DNA from: an uncultured Candidatus Saccharibacteria bacterium
Lineage (GTDB): Bacteria > Patescibacteriota > Minisyncoccia > Phycocordibacterales > GWA1-40-21
Direction of reading: 5' to 3'
Assembly: GCA_964583845.1 (NCBI GenBank)
Contig: CAZOXG010000003.1
Location: 1 to 39,389 of the forward strand
Length of the DNA stretch: 39,389 nt
Below, in pieces: positions 17,041 through 25,795 of the stretch (its first letter is position 1; each line of letters starts with the position of its first letter). The notes beneath the pieces are model-generated. The model did not search any database. It worked only from the letters and a program-made list of their open reading frames with translations, and was not told where the DNA came from. Both the position numbers and the translations under genes were made by a program.

Positions 17041-17463
17041 ATGTTATTACCTAAAAAAGTTAAATATCGTAAATGGCAGACTGGACGTGAGAATGTGAAA
17101 AAAATCGGTGTAGAATCTCGCGGAACCACTTTAGCTTTCGGTTCTTTTGGCCTCAAAGCCTTATCCGCTGGACGTATCCGCTCTCAAGAAATTGAAGCTG
17201 CTCGTAAAGCTGGAGCCCACAACATGGGTAAATCTGGAAGAATGTGGACTCGTATTTTCCCAGACCGACCTTACACTCAGAAACCGGCTGAAGTAAAAAT
17301 GGGTAAAGGAAAAGGAGATCTACAGGGATATGAATGTGTTATCCGCCCAGGACGTGTCATCTTTGAAATCGACGGTGCCGATGCTGTTACTGCCAAGGAA
17401 GCTCTTCGTAAAGCTGGTACCAAACTTTCTATCAAGACCAAAGTTGTTAGTCGCGCTATCTAA
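17041..17463 (+). CDS. rplP: 50S ribosomal protein L16
   Basis: MLLPKKVKYRK, IEAAR and MGKGKG. Confidence 0.98.
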   Translation: MLLPKKVKYRKWQTGRENVKKIGVESRGTTLAFGSFGLKALSAGRIRSQEIEAARKAGAHNMGKSGRMWTRIFPDRPYTQKPAEVKMGKGKGDLQGYECVIRPGRVIFEIDGADAVTAKEALRKAGTKLSIKTKVVSRAI

Positions 17464-17474
17464 TTTCAAAAAAT

Positions 17475-17654
17475 ATGACTGACATCAAAAACAAAACAAA
17501 AGCCGAATTACTTAAACTCATTGATGAGAAAAAAGAAGCAATTCGTAACTTCCGCTTCGGACTTGCTGGTAGTAAAACCAAGAACTTACGTCACGGACGT
17601 AACTTGCGTCGAGAAATAGCTCAGATGATGACCGCTATCAAATCAGCTAAATAA
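17475..17654 (+). CDS. rpmC: 50S ribosomal protein L29 (59 aa, below the ORF-track cutoff)
   Basis: MTDIKNKTKAELLKLIDEKKEAIRNFRF...LRREIAQMMT, located between rplP and rpsQ. Confidence 0.93.
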   Translation: MTDIKNKTKAELLKLIDEKKEAIRNFRFGLAGSKTKNLRHGRNLRREIAQMMTAIKSAK

Positions 17655-17700
17655 AAATAAACGGTAAAGCACTGCAAAGTGTTCACCTAAAACAAAAAAT

Positions 17701-17979
17701 ATGGCAAAGAAACAAGAAATTAAAAAGACTGAAAAGACTGAGGAGGTCAAAATCAACAGACAACAACTTTCTGGTGTTGTTATGTCTGATAAGATGAAGG
17801 ATACCGTGGTCGTCAAGGTACAGTCTTACAAAAAACATCCTAAATATCAGAAGTTCATTTCACGTTCCAAGCGTTTTAAGGCACACGATGCCGGTAATAC
17901 TTGTAAGGTAGGTGATAAGGTAACCATTGAAGCTTGTGCTCCTATTTCAAAGGAGAAACGTTTCAAGGTTGTTAAATAA
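17701..17979 (+). CDS. rpsQ: 30S ribosomal protein S17
   Basis: GVVMSDKMKDTVVV, HPKY and PISKEKRF. Confidence 0.98.
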   Translation: MAKKQEIKKTEKTEEVKINRQQLSGVVMSDKMKDTVVVKVQSYKKHPKYQKFISRSKRFKAHDAGNTCKVGDKVTIEACAPISKEKRFKVVK

Positions 17980-17994
17980 TTTTAATATACTACT

Positions 17995-18366
17995 ATGATT
18001 CAACCTAGATCTATAGTTAATATCGCTGACAACTCCGGTGCAAAAATCGGACGTATCTTCAAGATACTTGGTAGTTCTAAAAAGCGCTACGCTGGTATTG
18101 GAGAGTTAGTGATCCTTTCTGTTCAGAAAGCCGAGCCTCGTAAAGCCATCAAAAAGAAAGATGTGTTGCGTGCGGTGGTGGTTCGTCAGAAAGCCCCTTA
18201 TCGTCGTGCCGACGGATCTTATATCCGCTTCGATGAAAATGCAGTCGTTATATTAGAAAAAGAAAAGAAGGATCCAATTGCTGGTCGCGTTTTTGGTCCA
18301 ATTCCTCGTGAATTATCCGAAAAAGGTTTCCAGAAAATTTCTTCTTTAGCTCCAGAAATCGTTTAA
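17995..18366 (+). CDS. rplN: 50S ribosomal protein L14
   Basis: ADNSGAK, IRFDENA and LAPEIV. Confidence 0.98.
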   Translation: MIQPRSIVNIADNSGAKIGRIFKILGSSKKRYAGIGELVILSVQKAEPRKAIKKKDVLRAVVVRQKAPYRRADGSYIRFDENAVVILEKEKKDPIAGRVFGPIPRELSEKGFQKISSLAPEIV

Positions 18367-18452
18367 TAATCTTTTAATCTCAGCGCTTACCTTAAACTTC
18401 GGTTTAGGTAATACCAGAACATTCAATTGTTCGGAGACAAAAAAACAAAGCT

Positions 18453-18752
18453 ATGAAAATTAAAACAAATGATAATGTCCTCGTGATCACCGGCAAGGAC
18501 AAAGGTAAGAAGGGTAAAGTGGTTAAAACTTTCCCAGAAACCGGAAAACTCATCGTTGAAGGTGTGAATATTTTGAAAAAACGTCAGCGTCCTACTCGCG
18601 CTAATACTAAAGGTCAAACTGTAGATAAAACCATGCCAATCGACGCTTCAAACGTTATGTTGGTAGAAGGAGGCAAACGCGTTCGTGTTACTTTCAAGAC
18701 TATTGATGGTAAAAAACTTCGTGTTAGTCGTAAAACCGGTAAAGAGATCTAA
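18453..18752 (+). CDS. rplX: 50S ribosomal protein L24
   Basis: VITGKDKGKKGKV KOW motif and PIDASNV. Confidence 0.98.
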   Translation: MKIKTNDNVLVITGKDKGKKGKVVKTFPETGKLIVEGVNILKKRQRPTRANTKGQTVDKTMPIDASNVMLVEGGKRVRVTFKTIDGKKLRVSRKTGKEI

Positions 18753-18763
18753 CTTATAAAAAT

Positions 18764-19315
18764 ATGAACAGTATTATTGAAAAGCAAAGTAAAGCTTTCG
18801 AGGCTCTTAAATCAGTTTCTGGCTACAAGAATGTAATGCAGACTCCAAAGGTTACCAAAGTTGTGGTTAACGTTGGAATTGGTTCCCTCAAAGATAAGAA
18901 GAAGGTTGAAATCATTATTGACCGTTTGAAGAAAATCACTGGTCAGAAACCATCAGTTCGTGGCGCCAAGAAGTCTATTGCTTCTTTTAAGGTTCGTGAA
19001 GGTGATCCAGTTGGACTAGTTGTTACTATGCGTGGCAAAAGAATGAATGACTTCCTTGAAAAATTGATTAATGTCGCCCTTCCTCGTACTCGTGACTTCC
19101 GTGGTATTTCCTCTAACGGTATTGATGAAATGGGTAACTATTCTTTGGGTATCAAAGAAAATACAATTTTCCCAGAAACCACTGACGAAGAAATCAAAGA
19201 CGTGTTCGGTATGTCCATTACTATTGGTACAACTGCTCGCGGTAAAGATGAAGCTAAAAAGTTTTTTGAACATTTAGGTTTTCCTTTCAAAAAGGAAGAA
19301 GCTAAGAAGAAATAA
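18764..19315 (+). CDS. rplE: 50S ribosomal protein L5
   Basis: ITGQKP, PRTRDFRG and GNYSLGI. Confidence 0.98.
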   Translation: MNSIIEKQSKAFEALKSVSGYKNVMQTPKVTKVVVNVGIGSLKDKKKVEIIIDRLKKITGQKPSVRGAKKSIASFKVREGDPVGLVVTMRGKRMNDFLEKLINVALPRTRDFRGISSNGIDEMGNYSLGIKENTIFPETTDEEIKDVFGMSITIGTTARGKDEAKKFFEHLGFPFKKEEAKKK

Positions 19316-19357
19316 CTAACAAAAAATCCACCGGTAAACACTGGTGGATTTTTTGTT
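19314..19357 (+). terminator. rplE terminator (duplicated at 20906-20948)
   Basis: AACAAAAAATCCACCGGT-aaac-ACTGGTGGATTTTTTGTT. Confidence 0.8.
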
Positions 19358-19414
19358 GGACATTGCAAAGTAAAATATTGTTTTCAATGATCAATTGTTC
19401 TATTATGTAATTAT

Positions 19415-20749
19415 ATGAATTCATTTGAAAATTTTAATATACCTAAAAAAGAAGCGTCTGAAAAACGTAAGAGCTTAGAAAATAGAGAGGTTTTGGATGT
19501 TGATAAAGTTCCAGTTATTGGGGCAACAATTGGCGAGTGTAAAAAGATAACAAATGATCAGGAAGTATTAAAGAACGTTCAAACTTATCTTTTGGAATAT
19601 TTTCAGCAAAATATTGAGAATACTAAATTGTATAAGTCAGAGAAGACTGGAGTGTCGTTTCCTTACAACGTTGTGCGTTTGAAAGACGTGGCACAAAAAC
19701 TTTTTGAAAAACATGGAGGAGTCGTCACAAAAACCGATCAAAATCAAAAACTTGAAATGGTTGAAAACGAGGAAAAAAGTCATGCAAAAAAGGAAATCAT
19801 ATTTGCAACATTTTTTGATATGAAATCAGCTCATCCTTTTCATTGGGTGGAGCACGGCATTGACCAGATTTCCAAGAAGCTATCACGAGCTTTAGAGGAT
19901 ATTGCCAGTGGTAGAGAAGTAGAAGATTACGAGGTTTATGATGTTGGAAGTCCGGCCGGATTATTGGGAGAGGTTCCCAGTTCTTTTTTAGAAAAAATGA
20001 AAGGGAAACCGTTTGAGTCTGTAGGTGAAGTTTATGCTGAATTTGTCTCTGATCTAAAGAAAAAAGTAGGAGAAAATGTGCCTACTGATATAAGATTGTG
20101 GGGCGTCTCCATGGGGGCAAGTATGGCCATGACCACCGCTCAGAGTCTTTTGGAGAGTCAGCAGGCTACACAATCTTTCGAGGTTAGGGATGAAACTAAA
20201 AACAGACTTCCGAAAGTTGATCTGGTGATGGTTTCACCGGTTGCGACAAGTAAAAATACATTTAGGAGTTACGAAATCCCTTTGGGTTTTGCTGCAGAAA
20301 TCGCTCTCCAGTTTTCTAATGAATATGCTCGAGCTGTGGCTCCCAAAGAAGGTGATTTTACTTCTATGATATATGAAAAATTAAGAGAAAAGGGTATAGA
20401 CGAACACATGTCGCCCGAAGATATTAAAAATAAGAAGAAAGTCCTTTCAGAGGCTTTATCCCAATTGCGTTCGGGTATACCGGTACCTCAAGGTATCCAG
20501 ACAAATGAAATCGTGGGAATATTTGATCCACTGATGTATTCCAATGAATTCCGTAAGCAGTCGAATTTTCATAATTTAGATCATAAAGGAAGTCTCGGTG
20601 AAAAAATAGTGCCAGGAGAAGATGAAAATCGCCGAAGATTTGGTATAAATGAGACTCATACTCCACAAGTGGTAAGGTTTAATTATTTTAAGAGACTTAT
20701 TAAGGTGGGGGAGTTTCTCAAGGAGCTGTCTCAAAATACTCAAAATTAA
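19415..20749 (+). CDS. Divergent alpha/beta-hydrolase-fold protein
   Basis: Nucleophile elbow RLWGVSMGA; candidate Asp in GIFDPL and His in ETHTP. Confidence 0.6.
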   Translation: MNSFENFNIPKKEASEKRKSLENREVLDVDKVPVIGATIGECKKITNDQEVLKNVQTYLLEYFQQNIENTKLYKSEKTGVSFPYNVVRLKDVAQKLFEKHGGVVTKTDQNQKLEMVENEEKSHAKKEIIFATFFDMKSAHPFHWVEHGIDQISKKLSRALEDIASGREVEDYEVYDVGSPAGLLGEVPSSFLEKMKGKPFESVGEVYAEFVSDLKKKVGENVPTDIRLWGVSMGASMAMTTAQSLLESQQATQSFEVRDETKNRLPKVDLVMVSPVATSKNTFRSYEIPLGFAAEIALQFSNEYARAVAPKEGDFTSMIYEKLREKGIDEHMSPEDIKNKKKVLSEALSQLRSGIPVPQGIQTNEIVGIFDPLMYSNEFRKQSNFHNLDHKGSLGEKIVPGEDENRRRFGINETHTPQVVRFNYFKRLIKVGEFLKELSQNTQN

Positions 20750-20752
20750 TAT

Positions 20753-20911
20753 ATGGATTTAGATGAAGCCCAGAAATATCGATCCTGTCTAGCCAGGAAA
20801 CTTACAATCCTCAGAAAGATTAATCGTAGATTGGCCTTTATTTTTTTGAAATTGGTAAGAAGGACAAAAAAATATAATATAGCCAAAGAGGTTAAGATGA
20901 GAAAAAACTAA
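20753..20911 (+). CDS. Small basic ORF, 52 aa
   Basis: Starts 3 bp after the upstream stop (MDLDEAQKYR...KMRKN*) and ends at the terminator. Confidence 0.35.
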   Translation: MDLDEAQKYRSCLARKLTILRKINRRLAFIFLKLVRRTKKYNIAKEVKMRKN

Positions 20912-20948
20912 CAAAAATCCACCGGTGAACGCCGGCGGTTTTTTTGTT
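20906..20948 (+). terminator. Diverged copy of the rplE terminator
   Basis: AACTAACAAAAATCCACCGGTGAACGCCGGCGGTTTTTTTGTT. Confidence 0.75.
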
Positions 20949-20978
20949 TGCCCACATTTTTTATAGCTTTATATTTTT

Positions 20979-21069
20979 GTCATTCCCGCGCAGGCGGGAA
21001 TCCAGGAATTAGTAATGTCTTAATATCAAAATTAATAAGTCTGGATTGCTTCGCCGGGCTCGCAATGAC
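20979..21069. repeat. GTCAT-type palindromic REP-like doublet
   Basis: GTCATTCCCGCGCAGGCGGGAATCCAG...CTGGATTGCTTCGCCGGGCTCGCAATGAC. Confidence 0.85.
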
Positions 21070-21112
21070 GTCTACACTTTTGCAAACATATTCATAATTC
21101 AAAGTAATAAAA

Positions 21113-21141
21113 TTGTGCATCTCGGGGGGGGGTGTTATAAT
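21113..21141 (+). promoter_or_regulatory. Promoter with a G9 tract in the spacer
   Basis: TTGTGC-17 bp (G9 at 21124-21132)-TATAAT with TG extension. Confidence 0.65.
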
Positions 21142-21201
21142 GATGTAATATAATTTGCTAAGGCAAAATTTATTAATGGTTTATAAAAATAATATTTGAT
21201 T

Positions 21202-23703
21202 ATGATTAAGTCTCAAAAATATTTGAAATCAATTGCAAAGGGGGTATTGGTTTTAATGATGGTAATTAGTTTAGGATGGGGGGCTATGGCGGTGCCGGTG
21301 TCAGCGGCAGATGTTAGTATATCCCAATTAATAGAATTGTTTATTTCTTTGGGTATTATTGCTCCGGAAAAAGCAGCGGCAGCACGTTCGGCTGCCGGTG
21401 TTTCGTCACCGGCGGTTACTTTAATTACCCCAAATACAATTCAAGATATTGATTTTCAAGTAATGAAACAACCATCTCAGACTGTAAAAGTTTCAAGATG
21501 TCAAAACATATCGAAACCCGGTAATTATATACTTACTGGTAACATCAAAAATGATTCTGGAAAGCCATGTATAACAATAAGTGACGTAAAAAATGTGACC
21601 TTTGATTGCAAGGGCAAGACAATACAAAGCACGGCAGAAAATTTTGCTATACTTGTAAAAAACTCTTCAGATTTTATTGTCCAAAATTGTTCCGTTCTGT
21701 CGAGTGTTAATGTGACATCTATTAATCCAGCTCAACACATGTTTAGGTTGGAGAATTCAAGCAAAGGAAATGTTAACAATAATACAATTGGAGGAACTTA
21801 TTCAACTATATCTTCTTCGACCGAAATTGAATTTAAAAGCAATACGGTTTCCGCAACAACTTTTCAGATTTTTCAATCCAATTTTGTTAATATAATAAGT
21901 AATAAATTTTCGGCAGCTATTGTAAATACTGGAGCAGTTGTTCAGTTTAAAGAAGGTATAAACAATAAGTTTATTGGTAATAGTGTTGATGGAAAGTCTG
22001 ATGGTATACGTCATGGTAATTCTGCTCCTCCGAATATTGGCCCTGATGATGTTGTTGTCCTCGATAACCAAAACTCTATTAATGTTAGTAATAATAATAT
22101 TAGAAACTCCTGGGAGTGTGGTATTGAAAGTGTTGGCTTTTTAAATGATTCAACAATTGCTAATAATAAAATTGACAATGTTGCACTCGCTGGGATTTGC
22201 GGTTGGCATTGGCTAAATTTTAGTGAAAATACAATTAGTAATAACACCATTACGAATTCTCCCTCATTATTTGTCTATTTTAGAGATTACGATTTGCGTC
22301 CAGGTGAATCGCAAATGAAATTTATTAATAATTATTTTGACTCAAATAAATTAATTACTCAAAGAATGGATGGTCTACGTGAACAGGGATATTCATCAAG
22401 TATCAGGGTGTATGCACCACCCGGCAAAGGAGGTGGATTTGAATTTTCTAATTTTACTGATGAGCAGGTAGTTACTGGTAATAATGTTTTTAAGAATAAT
22501 GACTTCGGTTTATTTTTGAAGGCCCCAATTCTTTTTCCAGCAAGTATGTTTGTTGATGGCGGCGGTAATATTTGTTCCTCTTCAAGTGAAATAAATTATC
22601 CTATAAAGTGTGAAACTGATAAATTTTTGAAACCAGTAATTAATAATGTGCAATCATCAGGTAATTCGAACAATATTATCCACCCAGGGCAAAAGGCGAC
22701 TGTTTATGGTACTAACTTGAGTGGTGTTAATACAGTGTATATTGTTGGTTTTGGTAAAGATAAAGGAAACTTTAGTCAGATTACTCGTCGTGGTAGTGCA
22801 GGGTCAGATTTAGATTTTACTGTACCAACTTTAACTGACGGAAACTACTCAATCAATGTGCAAACCCCAGCTGGTCAGAGTAATTCGGTAACTGTTCAGG
22901 TTAAAAATCCTACTCCAATAGTAATTTCGACTTCAGCGATAATTACTTCAGTCCAGACTGCTGGTGAATATCCAAATATTATCCACCCAGGACAAAAAGC
23001 TACGGTTTATGGAAGTAATTTAAAAAATACTGGAACAGTTCATATTTTAGGTAGGGCTACTGAGGTCTCTGGGCTGGTACTGGGTGGATCAGCTTATGAT
23101 AACAATGTTTTCTTTACGGTACCGTTGAATTTACCTGATGGTGATTATATAATTGATGTACAGGATATCAATGGTGTTAGAAGTAATACACTTTATAATG
23201 TTAAAGTTGTAAATGTTACTTTAACAACTCCAGTTACAATGTCAGTTAATCCTTCCATTACCGTCCTTTCACCAAATGGTGGAGAATCGATTGTATATGA
23301 AAATCTATATATGGCAGGTGATTTAGGTTTTAGTTGGAAGTCTTCTGATGGAGTAAATTACGCGCCAACTTCAAATTTAAAAGTCTCACTTGTAAATGCG
23401 AATGGAGTAGTAGTCAGAGAAGAGTTTAAAAGATACTATCAAACAACAAATTTGGGTAATGGAGTTTATCACGCGTCTTTTACTGGGCAAAATAACATAA
23501 CGCCTAATAATAGATATAAAATAAAAATTTGTGATTTATTAACTAATTCTGTTACAGATGTTTGTGATGTAAGTGATAATTACTTTACTATTACTGATTC
23601 AGTCTCTACACAATCATCTATTACTGTCGGTTCAAATAATACTGCCTCCGCTCTAATCGGTTTTGACCAAGTGGTAAAATTGATTCAGGCTTTGATGAAA
23701 TAA
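21202..23703 (+). CDS. Secreted/surface protein: right-handed beta-helix, two IPT/TIG-like domains and an Ig-like domain
   Basis: Signal peptide ending VPVSA; Asn-rich PbH-type repeats; duplicated IIHPGQKATVYG; SITVLSPNGGE motif. Confidence 0.8.
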   Translation: MIKSQKYLKSIAKGVLVLMMVISLGWGAMAVPVSAADVSISQLIELFISLGIIAPEKAAAARSAAGVSSPAVTLITPNTIQDIDFQVMKQPSQTVKVSRCQNISKPGNYILTGNIKNDSGKPCITISDVKNVTFDCKGKTIQSTAENFAILVKNSSDFIVQNCSVLSSVNVTSINPAQHMFRLENSSKGNVNNNTIGGTYSTISSSTEIEFKSNTVSATTFQIFQSNFVNIISNKFSAAIVNTGAVVQFKEGINNKFIGNSVDGKSDGIRHGNSAPPNIGPDDVVVLDNQNSINVSNNNIRNSWECGIESVGFLNDSTIANNKIDNVALAGICGWHWLNFSENTISNNTITNSPSLFVYFRDYDLRPGESQMKFINNYFDSNKLITQRMDGLREQGYSSSIRVYAPPGKGGGFEFSNFTDEQVVTGNNVFKNNDFGLFLKAPILFPASMFVDGGGNICSSSSEINYPIKCETDKFLKPVINNVQSSGNSNNIIHPGQKATVYGTNLSGVNTVYIVGFGKDKGNFSQITRRGSAGSDLDFTVPTLTDGNYSINVQTPAGQSNSVTVQVKNPTPIVISTSAIITSVQTAGEYPNIIHPGQKATVYGSNLKNTGTVHILGRATEVSGLVLGGSAYDNNVFFTVPLNLPDGDYIIDVQDINGVRSNTLYNVKVVNVTLTTPVTMSVNPSITVLSPNGGESIVYENLYMAGDLGFSWKSSDGVNYAPTSNLKVSLVNANGVVVREEFKRYYQTTNLGNGVYHASFTGQNNITPNNRYKIKICDLLTNSVTDVCDVSDNYFTITDSVSTQSSITVGSNNTASALIGFDQVVKLIQALMK

Positions 23704-23723
23704 GAAATTAGTGTTTTAAAAAC

Positions 23724-23756
23724 AAACAAAAATCACCGAAAGGTGATTTTTGTTTA
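23724..23756. terminator. Terminator
   Basis: AAACAAAAATCACC-GAAA-GGTGATTTTTGTTT. Confidence 0.8.
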
Positions 23757-23789
23757 TCAGTTTTGAATTGTAAAATATGATTTTTGGCT

Positions 23790-23884
23790 GTCTTTGCGAG
23801 TCGGAGCGAAGCAATCCAGGGATTAGAAAAGTCTTGATTCGTAAGACGATAAGTCTGGATTGCTTCGGATCACCTCGCAATGAC
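23790..23884. repeat. GTCAT-type palindromic REP-like doublet
   Basis: GTCTTTGCGAGTCGGAGCGAAGCAATCCAG...CTGGATTGCTTCGGATCACCTCGCAATGAC; spacer homologous to the 20979 copy. Confidence 0.85.
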
Positions 23885-24188
23885 GGTAAGGAAAACACCA
23901 GATCATTTCAATCCCTTTACTTTGTATTCCTTTTCTGCTATTATCTACCCGAAGACCTGATAAGGGTTTTTTGTTTGTCGGTTTCCAAGGGATAATTGAG
24001 TGTCGCAATATAACGACTTTCAACTGAGGATAAACCCACGTAACACTGTATTAGCTAATAGGATAAGGGGTGATTTGCTTCATTTCTGACTGAACGCTAA
24101 TAAGTTTTATTTTGACCCTTTGGGGTGACAACAGAACATTTAAAACGTTCTGTTTTTGTTTATCACAAAGAATAAACTTTATTAATAG

Positions 24189-24276
24189 AAGGTATGTTAA
24201 TACCTTATAGATTGACTTCGCTCGGACGCCATACAAACTAAGAAGTTTGTGCGTCGCTCCTCGCTAGTCAATATAA
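24189..24276. repeat. Bulged hairpin element, copy A (inverted relative to 26930-27009)
   Basis: TTGACTTCGCTCGGACG-[stem-loop]-TCGCTCCTCGCTAGTCAA. Confidence 0.8.
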
Positions 24277-24287
24277 GAAAACAATTA

Positions 24288-24473
24288 ATGGCAAAAACAT
24301 CAGTTATCGCTCGCTCCAAAAGGGAGCCGAAATTCGCCTCTCGTGTCGTTAGGCGCTGTTTCCGTTGCGGTCGCAAGAATGGCTACATGAGAGACTTCGA
24401 TCTATGTCGTATCTGCTTCCGCGAATTTGCTAATGAAGGCAAAATTACTGGCATTAAAAAATCATCATGGTAA
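24288..24473 (+). CDS. rpsN: 30S ribosomal protein S14, Zn-binding type
   Basis: 61 aa; RCFRCGR and LCRICFRE; ends KKSSW. Confidence 0.97.
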   Translation: MAKTSVIARSKREPKFASRVVRRCFRCGRKNGYMRDFDLCRICFREFANEGKITGIKKSSW

Positions 24474-24853
24474 CCGACCCTATTTCAGATTTCATAATCC
24501 GTCTGAAGAATGCTCAGAAGGCTGGATTGGAAACAATGACTCTTCCTACTTCCAAGATTAAAGTGGCTATTGGCGACTTGCTTGTGAAGGAAGGTTTTAT
24601 CAAATCAAGTTCACTAAAGAAGAAAAGTAACGTTTTGGAAATCGAGTTACTTTCCAGCACTAACAGTCATGCTGTTCGTGATGTTCAAAGGATTTCTAAA
24701 CCATCTCGCCGTGTTTACACTGGTGCTGATGCTATCAAACCTTACAAAGGTGGTTTTGGTTGTACTGTAATTTCAACTCCTAAAGGCCTCTTGACTGACA
24801 AACAGGCAATAAAGGAAAAGGTCGGCGGTGAAGTCTTGTTTAAAATCTGGTAG
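24467..24853 (+). CDS. rpsH: 30S ribosomal protein S8
   Basis: TDPISD, RISKPSRRVY, STPKG and GGEVL. Confidence 0.98.
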   Translation: MVTDPISDFIIRLKNAQKAGLETMTLPTSKIKVAIGDLLVKEGFIKSSSLKKKSNVLEIELLSSTNSHAVRDVQRISKPSRRVYTGADAIKPYKGGFGCTVISTPKGLLTDKQAIKEKVGGEVLFKIW

Positions 24854-24884
24854 TTCTCAAGCTCCAGTTAAATAATATAAATAT

Positions 24885-25418
24885 ATGTCTAGAATTGGAA
24901 AAAACCCTATTGCTATCCCTGCTAAGACCGAAGTTAAAATCGTCGGTAATACAGTGACTGTCAAAGGACCTCTCGGTGAATTGGTTAGAGAAGTCAGTCC
25001 AGCCATCAAGGTTGAGATTGTTGACGGAAACGTTATTCTTACACCAGTCAAGAAAAATTTAGAAAATAGTGCTCTTTGGGGTACTTATGCTTCCCATATT
25101 AGAAATATGGTTGAAGGTGTAAACAAGGCTTATGAAAAGAAGCTTATTATCGAAGGTATCGGTTACAAAGCTGATATCAAAGGTGATGAAATGACTTTAA
25201 ATGTTGGTTTTTCACACCAGGTCAAAATCAAAATCCCAAAAACTCTCAAGGTTACTCAAGAAAAAGGTGTCATTACTATCTCTGGTTGCGATAAAGAACT
25301 AGTCGGTCGCTTCACTGCTGAAACTCGTGCTGTAAAGAAACCTGAACCATACAAGGGTAAGGGAATTCGCTATAGTGATGAAATAATTCGCCGTAAAGAA
25401 GGTAAGAAAACCGCCTAA
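24885..25418 (+). CDS. rplF: 50S ribosomal protein L6
   Basis: MSRIGKNPI and PEPYKGKGIRY. Confidence 0.98.
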   Translation: MSRIGKNPIAIPAKTEVKIVGNTVTVKGPLGELVREVSPAIKVEIVDGNVILTPVKKNLENSALWGTYASHIRNMVEGVNKAYEKKLIIEGIGYKADIKGDEMTLNVGFSHQVKIKIPKTLKVTQEKGVITISGCDKELVGRFTAETRAVKKPEPYKGKGIRYSDEIIRRKEGKKTA

Positions 25419-25441
25419 TCTGTAAAATTTAAAAAATTATT

Positions 25442-25792
25442 ATGAAAATTACGAATCAAAAAACTGCTAAGATCGAAAAACGTCATAATCGCATTCGTGC
25501 GAAGATTGATGGTACCAGCGAGCGTCCTCGTTTGGCTATTTTTCGCTCAAATAAGTTTATCTATGCACAAGTTATAGACGACACTAAAGGTAAAACTTTA
25601 GTTGCTGCTACTTCTGCTAAAGCAAAAGGTAAGACCTTTATTGAACGCTCCAAAGAAACTGGTGTAGAGATCGCTAAACTAGCTAAAGCTGCTGGTGTTA
25701 CCAAGGTCGTCTTTGACCGCGGTGGTTTCTCTTATATTGGTAAGGTTAAAGCCCTCGCTGACGGAGCTCGCGAAGGTGGACTTATTTTTTAA
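25442..25792 (+). CDS. rplR: 50S ribosomal protein L18
   Basis: [18 protein letters not shown] and AREGGL. Confidence 0.98.
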   Translation: MKITNQKTAKIEKRHNRIRAKIDGTSERPRLAIFRSNKFIYAQVIDDTKGKTLVAATSAKAKGKTFIERSKETGVEIAKLAKAAGVTKVVFDRGGFSYIGKVKALADGAREGGLIF

Positions 25793-25795
25793 TCA

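Noticed and set aside
23716-24236. Several 60-72-aa ORFs
   Set aside because: They are translations of the palindromic repeat and leader DNA
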